From: Candidatus Sulfomarinibacteraceae bacterium
Lineage (GTDB): Bacteria; Acidobacteriota; Thermoanaerobaculia; Thermoanaerobaculales; Sulfomarinibacteraceae
Direction: 5' to 3'
DNA: 64,000 bases
Assembly (NCBI GenBank): GCA_963796455.1
Contig: CAWCLO010000001.1
Coordinates: 768,001-832,000, forward strand
The translations under genes and the position numbers were made by a program. Below are positions 1 through 12,453 of this stretch, piece by piece. The notes under the pieces were generated by a model. That model saw nothing but the letters and a program-made list of their open reading frames with translations. It was not told the DNA's origin and made no database searches. The stretch's first letter is position 1. Each line of letters opens with the position of its first letter.

Positions 1-1216
1 CACATCGCAAACGCATTCAGCAAGGGTGATCGCTACCTCAACAGGTGGTGGAGGCGCGAGCCGCTGCAGGGTCAGAAGCGCCCACCCTGACGACAGCACA
101 TATGGATTCCATCGTTCCCAACAGTCCCTTGGCCAGCTCCCGTCACCGAGTTGGGAGTTGACCAAGACATCGGCAAACTGATCCGGGTCGAGGAACCAAT
201 CGATTTCTTCCCCACCGACTGTGATGGTATCGATATCGAGGCTCTCAAGACCTTTCATCAGGTTGTACATGGCCTGTAGGTGTGTCGGAGGATTCCATCC
301 TGTTCCACAGCCCCCCGGGTCGTTCCAGTGATTCTGGATGTACGCCATGGCGTCCTGAACACGTTGAGTCGCGGTCGTGTCGCCCACAAATGACATCTGG
401 ACCAACAAATTGCCCGTCTTCAAGAGATTCTCCCAATCACCGGGAGACGATCGTATCCCGAGCCCCCGTCCGGACTCTGAATATAATCGATCCACAGATT
501 GAGTTCGGATTTTACGAACGGAGGGATCGTGCTCGCAAACCCGAAGGCCGGGGCTTCAGCGTACCGAAGCCCGAGACACAACATATCCAGAAAAGCAGTT
601 ATCGCTACGATAGCACTGGTTATTTGCGTAGTCGTAGTTCCAGCCGCCGCGGTATTGGCAGGCTGGGTCTGTCTGCGCCCACGCCAACCAATCAACCAGG
701 TTTTGAACTACGACTCCATATGTCTGTCCCGTCAGCGGCCCAGCCGGTCACTGCCCTCGTCGGCTCCCTGCTTGAGACAACGGCCATCAGAGCGATACCA
801 GTGGAGTAATTCGCATAGTGGATCTGAGTCGAAGATACCGACCCCCACTCCGTCCCCGTTTGAATCCGGATCGCCCGCAATCTGCGAATTGAAGGTAAAA
901 CCAGTACATCACGGCCGAGAGCAAATAGTTTAGGCCGTCGATTACGTTCTGGGAGTACGGATATCCAGGGTCGAATGGAGAATCCATACCCGAGTTCGAA
1001 TGCACGTTCCTGAAGATTGACAAGGGCAATCCCGGTGGTGGCCACCTATTCTCCGCTACCCCACGAACCATTCGGGTTTTGAGTACTCGCAAGCCACGCG
1101 AGTCCGTCATCGATGGCCGTATGGATCTCCTCCTCGGTCGCCGCCCATGTCGGTGCGGTTCCGAGAAAACAACAAGAAAAGAACACAATCGACGCACAGA
1201 ACAATCTCCACCTCAT
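1..1216 (-). CDS. Secreted prenyltransferase/squalene-cyclase-repeat (QW-motif, alpha-barrel) protein; several frameshifts and one in-frame TAG; runs off the window edge
   Basis: ATG at 1216 after an AAGGAGA RBS; signal peptide MRWRLFCASIVFFSCCFLGTAPTWA. Stitching frames by hand gives AIDDGLAWLASTQNPNGSW, LVDWLAWAQTD...RGGWNY, WIDYIQSPDGGSGY and LVNSQLGDGSW (QW-type motifs). Confidence 0.7.
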
Positions 1217-1662
1217 CACAATTCTCCTTCATATTTGAATATCTGGATCAGGACAAGAATCGACACCGCGATCTTTCAGCTGCTCTCCAAAGGCACCACC
1301 TCCCCGCCGAAGGCGCATCTCCCCCATTCAGCCGATGGGCACATCGCACTGCCGGTAGGAACACTCCTCCAAACCGCTTCCGTTTCATTTCTCTGCGTTG
1401 TGATTAGGAATGTAGGTTTTGTGGACACTCTTGTCCACAATCATTTGAGCAATAACTCATTTTATTTCAATTATTTAATAATGATAACTGTTTACAGATC
1501 ATCTATAGACAGGCGACTGCAGAATAAATGGGCATATTGGGGCAGTAAGTCGGAGAATCATATAAGACAAAGGGCCAATCTGAAGGACCGTCCCGGTCAA
1601 TGGGCGCCGTCCCCCAGGGCGGCGACTTTCACACTATCGAATACTCCCCCCGGCCGTGGTGA

Positions 1663-1998
1663 TCAATCGACCCGTTCGAGGGTCGCCACGACATTGGTGT
1701 CGTCACCCGCGACGACGACGAGGTCGCGGGTCCACGTCTGATAACCCCGGAGGCGGAATTCGATCTTGTGGGTGCCCGCCAGGAGATCGAGTCTGACCGG
1801 TGCGGTTCCGCGGAACTCTCCGTCGATGGAGACTTCGGCCATGCCGGGACGAGAATCCAACGCGACGGTGGCCGACGGAGGAGGTGGAGGCGGGTTCTTC
1901 ACGTTGCCGGATTCGTCCACCGATATACAGGCAACGGAACCCGACAACAGCAGGATCAACGACAAAAGGGAAAAAACTCGGGATGCAATATTCGCCAT
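1663..1998 (-). CDS. PEGA domain-containing lipoprotein
   Basis: GGAGG RBS; hydrophobic signal ending in lipobox-like SVAC; Pro linker; SRPGMAEVSIDGEFRGTAP...GTHKIEFRLRGYQTW (PEGA pattern). Confidence 0.8.
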   Translation of the reverse strand: MANIASRVFSLLSLILLLSGSVACISVDESGNVKNPPPPPPSATVALDSRPGMAEVSIDGEFRGTAPVRLDLLAGTHKIEFRLRGYQTWTRDLVVVAGDDTNVVATLERVD

Positions 1999-2171
1999 GC
2001 AAGCCTCCTGGTATTTATACGTCCGTCGTCCTTGCTGCGTTCTGATCAATCCACACCGCGGAGATTCACCGGCACCCTTTCTCCCTTTCTCCTCTGCCCC
2101 TCTGCCCCTCTGCCATTCTCGGGCACAGGCACAGACTCAATCCTCAAGCTCCAGGGCCCAAGCCCCAAACC

Positions 2172-2525
2172 CTACTTATCCGACCACACCGCGAGTTGGT
2201 TGCCCGAGGGGTCGGCAAACTCGAATCTCCTGCCACCGGGAAAGCTGAAAATCTCCTTGACGATCGTGCCGCCGGCCGATCGGACCGCCGCCTCGACCCC
2301 TTCGAGATCCACAGCGTAGATCACGACAAGCGGTCCACCGGTGATGACCTCGTTTTCCTTGCGCAGACCTCCGTTCAACCGCCCATCCTCGAAGCTCGAA
2401 TAGTCGGGGCCCCAGTCCTGGAATGCCCAACCGAATGCGCCGGAATAAAAGGCCTTGGCGGCCTCGATATCGGTGGTCGGGAATTCGATGTAGTCGATTC
2501 TCCGGTCATGCTCTTCCTGACCCAT
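2172..2525 (-). CDS. VOC/glyoxalase family protein (in frame with the upstream peptidase ORF)
   Basis: IDYIEFPTTDIEAAKAFYSGAFGW...FSFPGGRRFEFADPSGNQLAVW; own GGAGG RBS before ATG at 2525. Confidence 0.85.
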   Translation of the reverse strand: MGQEEHDRRIDYIEFPTTDIEAAKAFYSGAFGWAFQDWGPDYSSFEDGRLNGGLRKENEVITGGPLVVIYAVDLEGVEAAVRSAGGTIVKEIFSFPGGRRFEFADPSGNQLAVWSDK

Positions 2526-3659
2526 GGGATCCTCCTGTCTGTGTGATTCAGCGAGCATATCCTGGAGCACCTCGATCGGAAAGGCCTCCAGCGTGTGGCC
2601 CTGATACCCGGTGACCGTGGTCGCGGTGAGGAGCGAGTTCAGTACCGCCTCCTCGACCGCCTCGACAGTGGCGAGAAAGAGCGGACTGGTGAAGTCGTTG
2701 GCGAGCAACTCATCGAATCGAGTCATTTCCTCGGCGGTATAAGGAACGGAGTTCCGGGTCGAAAACGCGATCACGAAATCTCCCGATCCGTTGCTCATAT
2801 AGGACCCGGTCCGGGCCAGACCCATCACCGCCCGCGAGGCCATCCGCTCGAGGTTGCGAGGCGAGAGAGGCGCGTCGGTGGCGAGGACGATCATGCACGA
2901 TCCCCCACTCGCCTCCACTCCGCCGCGGTAGGGCACGCGCCCGAGGCGCTCGCCGACCTGCATTCCATCAACGGTCAGCACCCCGCCGAAATTCGACTGA
3001 ACGAGAGCGCCCACCGTGAAGCCCCCACGATCCTCCGGGAGGACCCTCGAAGCGGTCCCGATTCCCCCCTTGAAGCCAAAGACGCTGGTGCCGGTTCCGG
3101 CGCCTATGGAGCCCTCGGCAACCGGGCCCTCGGAGGCGTCCTCGATCGCCCGTTCCACATCGACCGCGTTGATCGCGCAACGTCTGATATCGTTCAACCA
3201 ACCGTCGTTGGTCTCCCCCACCACCGCGTTGACCGACTGCACTTCTTCGTTACCGGGTTGCAGCAGGGTCCAATCCACCACCGCCTGAACCGCGGTTCCG
3301 ACACACAGAGTGTTGGTCAGAACGATGGGTGTTTCCAGGTTGCCGAGTTCCTGAACCTGGAGAAAACCGGCCGCCTTGCCAAATGCGTTGGCCGGAAAAA
3401 CCGCCGCCGGCACTTTGGACTGAAAGAGATTGTCGCCATGCGGGAGAATGGCCGTCACTCCGTGCGGACCGAACGGCCCTCGATCACTGTCCGGTGCCCT
3501 ACCGCCACGCCCGCCACATCGGTGATCGCGTTCAGTGGCCCCGGTTCGAGCACCCCTGGCTCGATCCCGAGTTCACGAAGTCGCGGACGTTCCGAAGCGA
3601 GAGCAAAGCCTGAGCAGCATACGAAAAGGGATAAAAACGACAAGGGTATTTCGGGACAC
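2526..3659 (-). CDS. DmpA/P1 family aminopeptidase, frameshifted near 3457
   Basis: PGPLNAITDVAGVAVGH, VVGETNDGWLND, EGSIGAGTG, KGGIGTASR, GGSCMIVLATDAPL, NGSGD; N-terminus lies in ORF 3455..3643. Confidence 0.85.
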
Positions 3660-3720
3660 TGAGACCCTCCACTGTGATCATTGGGCCACAGTGTCCCACA
3701 ATCAATGCCCGGGGTACTGG

Positions 3721-6700
3721 TTACTGCAGCCCGACGACGACGCTCCAGATCGAACAGTCCCCTGATTCGAATCCATCGACAAAGAACGGAAGTTCTCGAT
3801 AGCTCACCACGACCGCATGGTCGATACCCGGCATCGTCACCTGATTGACGAGCAATGTGCTGCCGTCGTCGTCAGAGCCGGTCCATCCCGAGACCTCCCA
3901 TCCCGGTGCCGGGACCGCTGTCAGGCTGATGATCTCGCCGGTTTCATACAACCCGGCATCACAGCCATCCGACTGCGCGGGGTCGGCCATCGGCGCGGCG
4001 CCGGCACCCATCGCACCCAAGGTCAGATAGTGGCAGTCCGAAGGATCCAGCAGAGCCCAGAGCTCCCGCGAGTGTGTGCCCTCGAATGCTCGGAAGAAGA
4101 CGAGGCCGTCGGCATCAGTGATCCAGTCCGGCTTCGAATCATATTCTCCGGGATTGATGTCCCGGAGCATCACGGTTCGGGCCTCCGAACCGTCGCTCCA
4201 CCACAACTCCCTCCCATGAACCTTGTCGTCGGCAACAAACACAAGTGAATTCCGGGCAGCCGTCAGATTGTACGGGCCACCAATTGGTCGGGTTCGGGTT
4301 GGGATATATATCCTTGACCATCACCGTCCCACCTTCGGTGCCATCCGACTTCCAAAGCTCGCCACCCCAGGTCCCCTGATCCGGCGTATTGCTTTGAAAT
4401 AGAGAGTGTCGCCGACAGGGGTCAGGAAGTTCGGCCATGAGTCGTTGGACCCGGGCAATGATGTCCTTGACCATCATGGTCCCTGCAGTGGTCCCATCAC
4501 TCTTCCAGAGTTCCTTTCCGTGATTGACGGACACCCCGCCGTCGTCGGCGCGGAAAAAGAGGGTTCCGTTCATCACCTCCAGGTCGGCGGGGTAAGACCC
4601 ACGATCTGCCGGAGCGATGCTCTTGACCATGACCGTGCCGGACTCGGACCCGTCACTCTTCCACAGCTCGTAATCGATAGCTTCGTCCCGCGCCGAGAAG
4701 AACACAGTCGATCCAATCGTTGTGAACTCCTTCGGGAAGGAGCCTGTACCCGAGTCTGGGTTGATGTCCTTGACCATCTGCGTCCCGGCGCCGGTGCCGT
4801 CGCTGATCCAAAACTCCTTACCGTTGGTACCGTCGTTGGCCGCGAAAACGAGCATGCCGTTGAAATCCGCCAACTCACCGGGATCGGAATCCGCCGCCCG
4901 GGTTGATGTCCTTGACCATGACGGTGCCGGCTGCGGTGCCGTCACTCTTCCAAATCTCCACGCCATCTTCGCCGTTGGAATGAGTAAAGAACAAGGTATC
5001 GCCGACACTCGTCAGATTGTCGGGGGTCTCCATCCAACCGTCGTAGATGTCCTTGACCATCTTCGTTCCGGCAGCAGTGCCGTCACTTTTCCAGACCTCA
5101 AAGTTGTGGACCCCGTCTCTGGCGATGAAAAAGACCGTACCGTCGACGTTGACAAAGGTCTGGGAGAACCACGTCATCGCACCAGTGTCCCAGGGGAAGG
5201 CGCTCGAGGCGCCGGGCCAGATGTCCTTGACCATCACGGTGCCCTCGGCCGTCCCGTCACTCTTCCACAGCTCCATGCCGTGAATACCGTCGTTGGCGGC
5301 AAAGAACAGGGTCGAACCGACATGGGTCGGTTCGGTGAGATCATCGGTCGAACCGTCTTTCAGATAGAAGGGACTTCCCGCTCCCAGCACGATATCCTTG
5401 ACCAGAGTCGGAGTTACATAACTCGCCCTGACCGTGTGGTCGCTCGATGGCATGCTGAGGCTGTTAGTCGTCAAAAAAGACCCGTCGTCATCGGTGCCGA
5501 CCCATCCACCAACGGTCCAATCGGCCGACGGGTATGTGGTCAAAAGAATCGTCTCTCCCGCGGAAAAGGTGCCACCCGGACAACCTGGGCTGTTCACCGG
5601 CGTGGGTTCCGGGTCGCTTCCCGAACCCGAATGGCGGAGGACCAGCTCATAACAGCCTGGAGGCACCTCCACATAGGTCACGGCGGCCGCATGGTTCGAC
5701 GCCGGCATCGTCAAGATATTGACGCGATCGAAGCTGGTCGTCGTCGTCGGTTCCCGACCATCCGGACACGGCCCAACCGGACATCGGAGAGGCCGTCAGG
5801 GTCACCGACTCTCCCGAGTGGTAACCACCTTGTCCACACCCCGGCGACGATGCCGGGTTGGCAAATGGATCGGCCCCCATCCCGGTATGACTCAGGCTGA
5901 TGGTGTAACACGGGATCTGCGAGTACTCGACGCCTGCAGAGTGTGCCGACGCCGGCATGGTCAGGGTGTTCGAGATCGCGGTGCTTCCGTCGTTGTCGGT
6001 GCCCGTCCAACCGCTGACCATCCAACCCGCCGATGGTGCCGCGGTCAGGGTGACCGGAGTCTCGGCAAAGAACTCACCGGCAGAACAACCCGGCGAGGAC
6101 GGTGGTATGACTGTCGGATCGGCGCCGAGACCGTGTGACCGAGGGTCAACGGGTAACACGTTGGCAGAGTCTCGGTGACGGCCCGGTAGGCGTTGACGCG
6201 ACCGAACCCGGTCCCCTGATCCCAACCGGGCAGCTCCCAGGTCATCGGCCGTCGCCATCAGCTGGGCCTCCACCTCGGCCGCGGTCATGCTCGGATCCTG
6301 ACCGAGCAGCAGGGCGGCCACACCCGCCACCACCGGAGTGGCGCTGGACGTGCCGTTGAAGTTGTAGTTGTAGTCGCCTTCGTCATAACCGGCCGAGCCA
6401 ACCTGGTCGGTGGTGTACATGTGAACCCCCGGCGCCACGATGTCGAGCTCCGGACCGTAGCAGCTTCCCCACCAGAACTCGCCGTCACAGCTCGTCGGCG
6501 CTTTCCGTTCATCACACGGGCTGGTGGCGCCCACGGCCAGAACCGTATCCAGAGCTCCCGGGATAGATCACCGGTCCGTTGCCGTTGCCGGAGGCAAAGA
6601 CCACCACCGACCCGAGACCACCTCTGCCGCCGGATTTGGCGTCCGCGATGGCCTCGTTGATCACCGTCGAAGGTGAGCCGCCTCCCCAGCTATTGCTCAA

Positions 6701-8446
6701 GACATCGGCGCCGTTGGCGACCGCCCAGTCGAATGCATCGGCCATCCACGAGTCCGACGTGATCAGGTTGGCGTCCGCATCTTCATAGAAGATTCGCACC
6801 GGCATGATCTTCGCCGCGCGGGCGATGCCCGCCACGCCGAGCGAGTTGTCCGTGATGGCGGCCGCGATGCCGGCACAGCCGGTGCCGTGGGAGTCGTCGC
6901 GGGTCGGAGCGCCGCCACCGGTTCCACCTCCATCGGTCGCGTCATAGCCGGTGACCAGCTTTCCGGCGAGATCAGGATGTGCCAGATCCACCCCGTCATC
7001 GAGAACCGCGAGGGTGATGGTGTCGCTGCCCAGGGTCACGCCCCAGGCGTCCGACGCCTGGATGTCGGCTCCATCGATCCCCCACATCTGCTGGTTGTTG
7101 CTGAGGCTCCACTGCAGCTCGTCGAATTCGTCCGAGGTCAGGTTCGCGTAACCACCGGTGATCTTCTCGATCACCACCTCGTCGACATAGACACCTTCGT
7201 AGCTGAAGAGATCGTCGCTGTCAACATCAGCCCGATCCACACCTCGCTCTCACCCCTGAGATCACCGAGGGAACCCGCGCGTTTGAGATCGAATGCAATA
7301 TTGACCCAGCCACCCAGACCGCCGGCAATGTTCCCCGAATATTGCCTGCCCAAGAAGTTCTCGCCATCGATCGATGCCAGAATTCTGAAGTAGTCGTACC
7401 CGCTCTCGGTGTTGATCCACGCCTGGAGGTTGACCTGGGCATCCTCGGCATCACTGAGATCGAACGGTCCGTACACCATCCACGAGTTCGCGTTCGTACG
7501 GATAGGGCCCTGGTGGGGTCACGCTCGACCCCACGCAATACCCGCTATTCGCGCCCTCGTAGGATCGATAGTCCACTTCTCCCCAGCTGGGGTTTCCATA
7601 GAGTGTCCAATCATCAGGAAATAGGCCCTCGAATCCCTCGGTCTTGATCTGCACCCGGGTCACCGCAGGCGGCGCGACTTTGGGAGAGGAGTCCATTTTC
7701 AAGGCCGGCAGGGTTGCGAACGCCGGTTCGACGATCCGTAGATCGTTTCTGCCCTTCTCGATCCGGGTATCGGGCGGGAGGATCGACCCATCCGGCGCAA
7801 CAATCAGCCGTCGATCGCCCGGTTGAAGATCGATCGGGCGAGGAGGCATGACCCTGACAAAATCGGGATGGGCGTATTCGATCTCGTACATTTCGTGGAA
7901 TTGGTTGGCGGCGCTGAGGGCGACCCCATCAGACGTTCGCAGCACAAAGGTATTCTCGCTCCGGCTCAGTCTCTTGACGATCTGCACCCCGTGTTCCCGG
8001 TTGATGCGATCGATCTCCGCTGCTGAAATTCCAGCCTTGAAGCTCGCAACGAACTCGTCGGTGACGATCATCAGCGCCCCCTGAGACCGATAGACCGGGC
8101 TCACCAGCTCCACCTCGCTCATCGATTGGAGCTCAGAAAAAAGAGCCTGCCGGCCCTCACCCGAGAGTCGATCCAGGATCGGGAGCATCATCAGCCGGTG
8201 CTTCGAGAGATTCCTTCTGCGATCCGCGGCGATCTCAGCCGGGAACGAAAGGCCGGTGGTCTTGGCCCCGGGTTCCCGCAAGCGGACCGCGACCCAATCT
8301 GGTGAGATCTCGAGATTGATGCGGTCTCCATCCGAAAAATAGAAGTCGGTTGGGGCTTTCCCAGAACCCTGTGAAAAAGCTGGCCCGACATTGCAGGCCA
8401 TCATCACGACCACAGCAAGCATCACAAAGCGAGATCTTCTCATCAT
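3721..8446 (-). CDS. Large secreted S8 (subtilisin-like) peptidase with Cys-containing InlB-B-like repeats, ELWxxDGT repeats and a C-terminal FVDGFESGD motif; about 7 frameshifts
   Basis: Pieces in ORFs 7451..8548, 7171..7479, 6512..7240, 5647..6534, 4875..5714, 4139..5008 and 3721..4242. Triad LAVLDDGVD, SHGTGCAG, NGTSSATP; oxyanion ASGN; repeated ELWKSDGT..GT.MVKDI; repeated LTA.P..GW.VSGW.GTD.DG. Confidence 0.85.
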
Positions 8447-8711
8447 TCCCCCCGAGGTCGAATACCTGAGCTGTACCCTCTTGAGACAAAAAACCGACTC
8501 GAGGACAGAGTTCACCCCCATTCGGACCGGGAGGAGAAATCTGTCCATCCATTATCGGTTTGTGCATGTAGGTGCCCGCGGGAAGGCTATCGACATTTTA
8601 GTGACTATTCAACAACCAGATAGACATAACCTATTGTTTTTGAATAACTTAAGAACAGGAATCATTTAGATTCGAACAGAGAAATCGATCGGCGAACAAG
8701 GCAGCAAGGTT

Positions 8712-11423
8712 TCACTGCGTCTCCGACGCTCCAGTGGCAACCCGCGCCGCGGCGATTCTGGCGGCGAGTTCGCCCGCCTCCACCACTTCCCCGAGACGAA
8801 GCAGCAGATCCTCGTAATCCTCCATCGCGGACACGAGATCAGGATGCCCGGCCTCGAGCGAATTCTCCCAGATGTAGATCGTGCGCGCGCGGTAAGGTCG
8901 GGCCCTCTCCGGTTCACCCATCGCGTCGTAGAGAGAACCCAGGCCGGCAGTCGTGTAGCCGATATCCGGGTGATCCAAACCAAGTACCTGCTCCTGAACC
9001 TCCAGCGATTTCATGAAGAGCTCTTCCGCCTCCTCATATTCACCGAGATCGGTGAGCAGTCTCGCCACATTGGCCCGGGCCTTCGCGACTTCGGGATGAT
9101 CGGGACCAAGGGCCTCCTCGAAGGCCACGAGCGCGCGCTCGTGGTAGACCTTCGCCATTTCATCATCACCCAAAGCGCGGTGATAGACACCGAGGTTGTT
9201 GAGACAACTGGCCACGATCGAATGATGGGGCCCGAAGGCCCGCTCGCGCACAGCGAGCGATTCTTCGAGGAGCGGTCCTGCACTCTCGAGGTCCTCGGTC
9301 GAGAGGAAAAGCGTCGCCAGATCGCTGAGGCTTTCACCGTAGGCCGGGTGATCCGGACCGAGAGACTCGCGGTAGATGACCACCGCCCGCTCCAGGGCCA
9401 CCTGTGCCCTGTCGTGTTCCTGGAGCGAAATCAACAGGGTTCCCAGATTCCCCAGGGTCCCCGCCAGGCTGGGATGATCCGGGCCCAGAATATCTTCCTT
9501 GATTGCCGCAGCTTTCTCGAGGTAGGGCAATGCGGCGGGGTAATCGCCCATTTCACCGAGCACTCCGCCGATGCTGTTCAGGCTCGAGGCAACCATGCGG
9601 TGATGCTCACCAAAAGCATTGCGATTGATTTCGAGAGCCTTTTCGAAGAGCTCGAGCGCCTCGTCGAACTCACCCAATCTGACGTGCAGAATCGCGACGT
9701 TTGAATACCCCATGCCGAGCACCGGATCGCCCGGTTCGAGGGTCTTGCTGTCGATGGCCAGCATTCGCTCGTAGAGCTTCAGTGCTCCATCGTAGTCGCC
9801 CCTGTCGCTCAGTATCAACGCCATGTTGTTCAATATGGCCGCCACCCTCGGGCTCTCCGGGCCGGCCGTCTGCTCGCGGATCACCAGTGCCCGCTCGTAA
9901 AAGGGCCAGGCCTCGTCATATTTCGCCTGTTCGCGGAGGGACTCTCCCAGCTGGTTCAGCACCTCGGCAATATCGGGATGATCGGGCGGCAGTTCCGCCT
10001 CGCGGATCGCCAGGCAGTCCTCGAAGAGCCCTTGAGCGGTGTCGAAGATGCCCAGGCCGATATAGACCCAACCCATGGTCGACATCAACCGGGCCTGCAC
10101 CAGCGGTTGATCGGTCAGCTCGACGCGGATCCTCTCCGTGCCTTTATCGAGAACTTCCCGCGCCGTGACCTTTTCGAACGAGCCCTCGGTGGGGTTGGAG
10201 ACCTTGAAGAGCCCGACCAGAAAATCCGACACCTGTTTCGCAGTCTCCGCCTCGCGCGATGCCTCCTGCTCCGCATTTCGGGCCCGGACCATGCCCAGCG
10301 TCGTACCAAAGATTCCGAGCACCAGGGCCAGGAAGACGATGGTGCCAGCAATGAACCCGAGGGTATGTCGGCGGACAAACTTCGTGAACCTGTAGGCGGT
10401 GCTCGGTGGCCCGGCCTGCACCGGTTGATCGCGTAAATGTCTCTCAATATCGGATGCCAACTCACCCGGCGAGCTATAGCGCCGCGTCCGGTCCTTCTCC
10501 AGCGCCTTCATGGCGATCCAGTCGAGATCACCTTTGAGTTGGCGGCGAAGTGTGGACGGCTCGGATCGACGGTTCTTTGCCGCCGTTGTCGTGTCCTCCC
10601 CGAGCCCCGAAAGCCGCGTGCTTGGTCGTGGTGGCTCGTCCTCGCGAATGACCCGCCGCATCTCGTCGAATCCGGCACGTCGAAGCTCACCGCCATCAAA
10701 CGGTTGAATGCCCACGAGCATCTCGTAGAGCACGACGCCGAGCGAGTAGACATCGGTCCTCGTGTCTACGTCGAGTCCCGTGAGATCCGCCTGCTCCGGA
10801 CTCATGTACTCCGGGGTTCCGATAAACTCGCCCATCGCAGTGAACACGGATTCTTCGGTCAGTCGTTGCGAGGTCGCCTTTGCGATGCCGAAGTCGATGA
10901 TCTTCGGCACCGCCTTCGAATCCTGGATCATCACCATCACGTTCGAGGGCTTGATGTCCCGGTGAATCACGCCCTTGTGGTGCGCGTGTTGGACACCATC
11001 GCAGATCTCGATAAAGAGGGCCAGCCTCTCGTTCGTATTCAACCTGTTGCGGTCGCAATACTCGGTCAACGACATACCCGGCACGAACTCCATCACGAAG
11101 TAGGGACGGCCATCGGCGGAGGTTCCCGCGTCGTAGACCTGGGCAATATTGGGGTGGCTCATCAAGGCGAGGGCCTGGCGCTCGCTGTCGAAGCGCGCCA
11201 GGACTTCCTTCGACTCCATCCCTCTCTTGATGAGCTTGAGCGCCACCTTTCGGCGGACCGGTTCGAGCTGCTCCGCCTCGTAGACCTCCCCCATCCCGCC
11301 CTCGCCGAGTTTTTGTAGAAGGCGGAAACCAGGGACCGTATCCGAAAGATCCCGGGGAGACGTCAATTTTTCAGTGATTTCTTCGGTCTCGATCGTCGGC
11401 TGGTCGTGATCGCTGTCCACCAT
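8712..11423 (-). CDS. Hanks-type Ser/Thr protein kinase with TM segment and C-terminal TPR array
   Basis: LGEGGMGEVY, VALK, HRDIKPSN, DFG, GTPEYMSPE, DVYSLG; TM at FIAGTIVFLALVLG; many kinesin-light-chain-type TPRs (LGPDHP). Confidence 0.95.
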   Translation of the reverse strand: MVDSDHDQPTIETEEITEKLTSPRDLSDTVPGFRLLQKLGEGGMGEVYEAEQLEPVRRKVALKLIKRGMESKEVLARFDSERQALALMSHPNIAQVYDAGTSADGRPYFVMEFVPGMSLTEYCDRNRLNTNERLALFIEICDGVQHAHHKGVIHRDIKPSNVMVMIQDSKAVPKIIDFGIAKATSQRLTEESVFTAMGEFIGTPEYMSPEQADLTGLDVDTRTDVYSLGVVLYEMLVGIQPFDGGELRRAGFDEMRRVIREDEPPRPSTRLSGLGEDTTTAAKNRRSEPSTLRRQLKGDLDWIAMKALEKDRTRRYSSPGELASDIERHLRDQPVQAGPPSTAYRFTKFVRRHTLGFIAGTIVFLALVLGIFGTTLGMVRARNAEQEASREAETAKQVSDFLVGLFKVSNPTEGSFEKVTAREVLDKGTERIRVELTDQPLVQARLMSTMGWVYIGLGIFDTAQGLFEDCLAIREAELPPDHPDIAEVLNQLGESLREQAKYDEAWPFYERALVIREQTAGPESPRVAAILNNMALILSDRGDYDGALKLYERMLAIDSKTLEPGDPVLGMGYSNVAILHVRLGEFDEALELFEKALEINRNAFGEHHRMVASSLNSIGGVLGEMGDYPAALPYLEKAAAIKEDILGPDHPSLAGTLGNLGTLLISLQEHDRAQVALERAVVIYRESLGPDHPAYGESLSDLATLFLSTEDLESAGPLLEESLAVRERAFGPHHSIVASCLNNLGVYHRALGDDEMAKVYHERALVAFEEALGPDHPEVAKARANVARLLTDLGEYEEAEELFMKSLEVQEQVLGLDHPDIGYTTAGLGSLYDAMGEPERARPYRARTIYIWENSLEAGHPDLVSAMEDYEDLLLRLGEVVEAGELAARIAAARVATGASETQ

Positions 11424-11649
11424 CGGAGATTTCCCCTCTCGCGTGGTTGTCGAGCTATCGGTCAGCTCAACCAAGAATCTCACCAAGTGCCAATCGTGGT
11501 CAGGCGTACACAGCCCATGTCGACCGCGCGACGATACTCAGTGTGACGAACCGATTTGACGGCGATGAGGATACCACCCGCATGCAAAATCGACACACCA
11601 AATGAACTGTTATCTCAATTACTGTGTCTAATTCAGGGGTTGTGAAAGG

Positions 11650-12381
11650 CTAAGGATCAATAGCCGAGTTCGGAGTTTCCCCGATGGTCGCTTCCCTGAT
11701 CAACGCCTGAGCAAGAACTGTCAGTGGATCCAACCACGGCAGACTCGGCGGGTATCTCTGCAGGATCAGCGAAATCTCGGTGCACCCGGCGATCAGCGCC
11801 GTCGCGCCCTGCTCGCTGACGTCTCGGATCGCAAGGCCGATGGAGGCCTTGGTTTCCTCCGAGACGCCGTGCAACTTGACCATTTCGAGTGCGTCCATGA
11901 CGGCGTTCTGGACCCCGGGAGCACTTGGACCAACCGCGATCAACGAGTTTCTTTCCAGCGCTTCGTGGTACAGCCGGGTGCGCAAAGTACCGTCGGTGGC
12001 CAACACTCCGATTGTGGTGTTTTCACCGAATTCTTCTCGTGCCTGGATGGCCGTCTCTTCCACCATATCGACGACCGGTGTGTCGATGCACTCCCGCACG
12101 TCCAGGAGAAAGGCGTGGGCGGTGTTGCAGGGAATCCCGATCACCTCCGCGCCAGCCGCCTCCAGATTGCGGGCGGTTTCGCCAAGCGCCCGGATAACCG
12201 GCTGCAATTGGCCGTCGAGCAGGGCGTCGCTTCGATTCGGAATTTTTGGATTCGAGTCGATGATGACCCGGAGATGGTCCTGTTCGACAGCCGCCGGTGT
12301 GTGTCGGGTGATCCGAACCAGAAGCTCCGCCGTCGATTCCGGGCCCATGCCACCAAGTAGACCGATGATTTTCTGTTTCAC
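11650..12381 (-). CDS. Aspartate/glutamate racemase family protein
   Basis: IGLLGGMGPEST; catalytic Cys pair in PCNTAH and AGCTE. Confidence 0.92.
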   Translation of the reverse strand: MKQKIIGLLGGMGPESTAELLVRITRHTPAAVEQDHLRVIIDSNPKIPNRSDALLDGQLQPVIRALGETARNLEAAGAEVIGIPCNTAHAFLLDVRECIDTPVVDMVEETAIQAREEFGENTTIGVLATDGTLRTRLYHEALERNSLIAVGPSAPGVQNAVMDALEMVKLHGVSEETKASIGLAIRDVSEQGATALIAGCTEISLILQRYPPSLPWLDPLTVLAQALIREATIGETPNSAIDP

Positions 12382-12416
12382 GCCGGATATCTTATCCCGG
12401 ACCTCTTCCGAGATCG

Positions 12417-12441
12417 AAAAAAGCCTCCCGAAGAGGGAGGC
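12417..12441 (-). terminator. Rho-independent terminator after the outer tRNA-Thr fragment
   Basis: Stem GCCTCCC/GGGAGGC with 5-nt loop, followed by T6 on the minus strand. Confidence 0.8.
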
Positions 12442-12453
12442 ATCGATTCAATC

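Noticed and set aside
1046..1048. In-frame TAG in the QW-repeat gene as possible pyrrolysine or stop-codon recoding
   Set aside because: The same gene has several frameshifts, no pyl genes are in view, and TAG is used as a normal stop elsewhere (2172, 42426, 52398).
4100..5420. Nucleotide repeats GATGTCCTTGACCAT...CCGTCACTCTTCCA as a DGR or non-coding array
   Set aside because: They encode the ELWxxDGT protein repeats, and no reverse transcriptase is present.
8625..8655. AT-rich AACCTATTGTTTTTGAATAACTTA motif (similar tracts near 1457 and 12510) as a recombination site
   Set aside because: Similarity between the tracts is loose; they may be IHF-like or promoter elements, but I cannot define a site.
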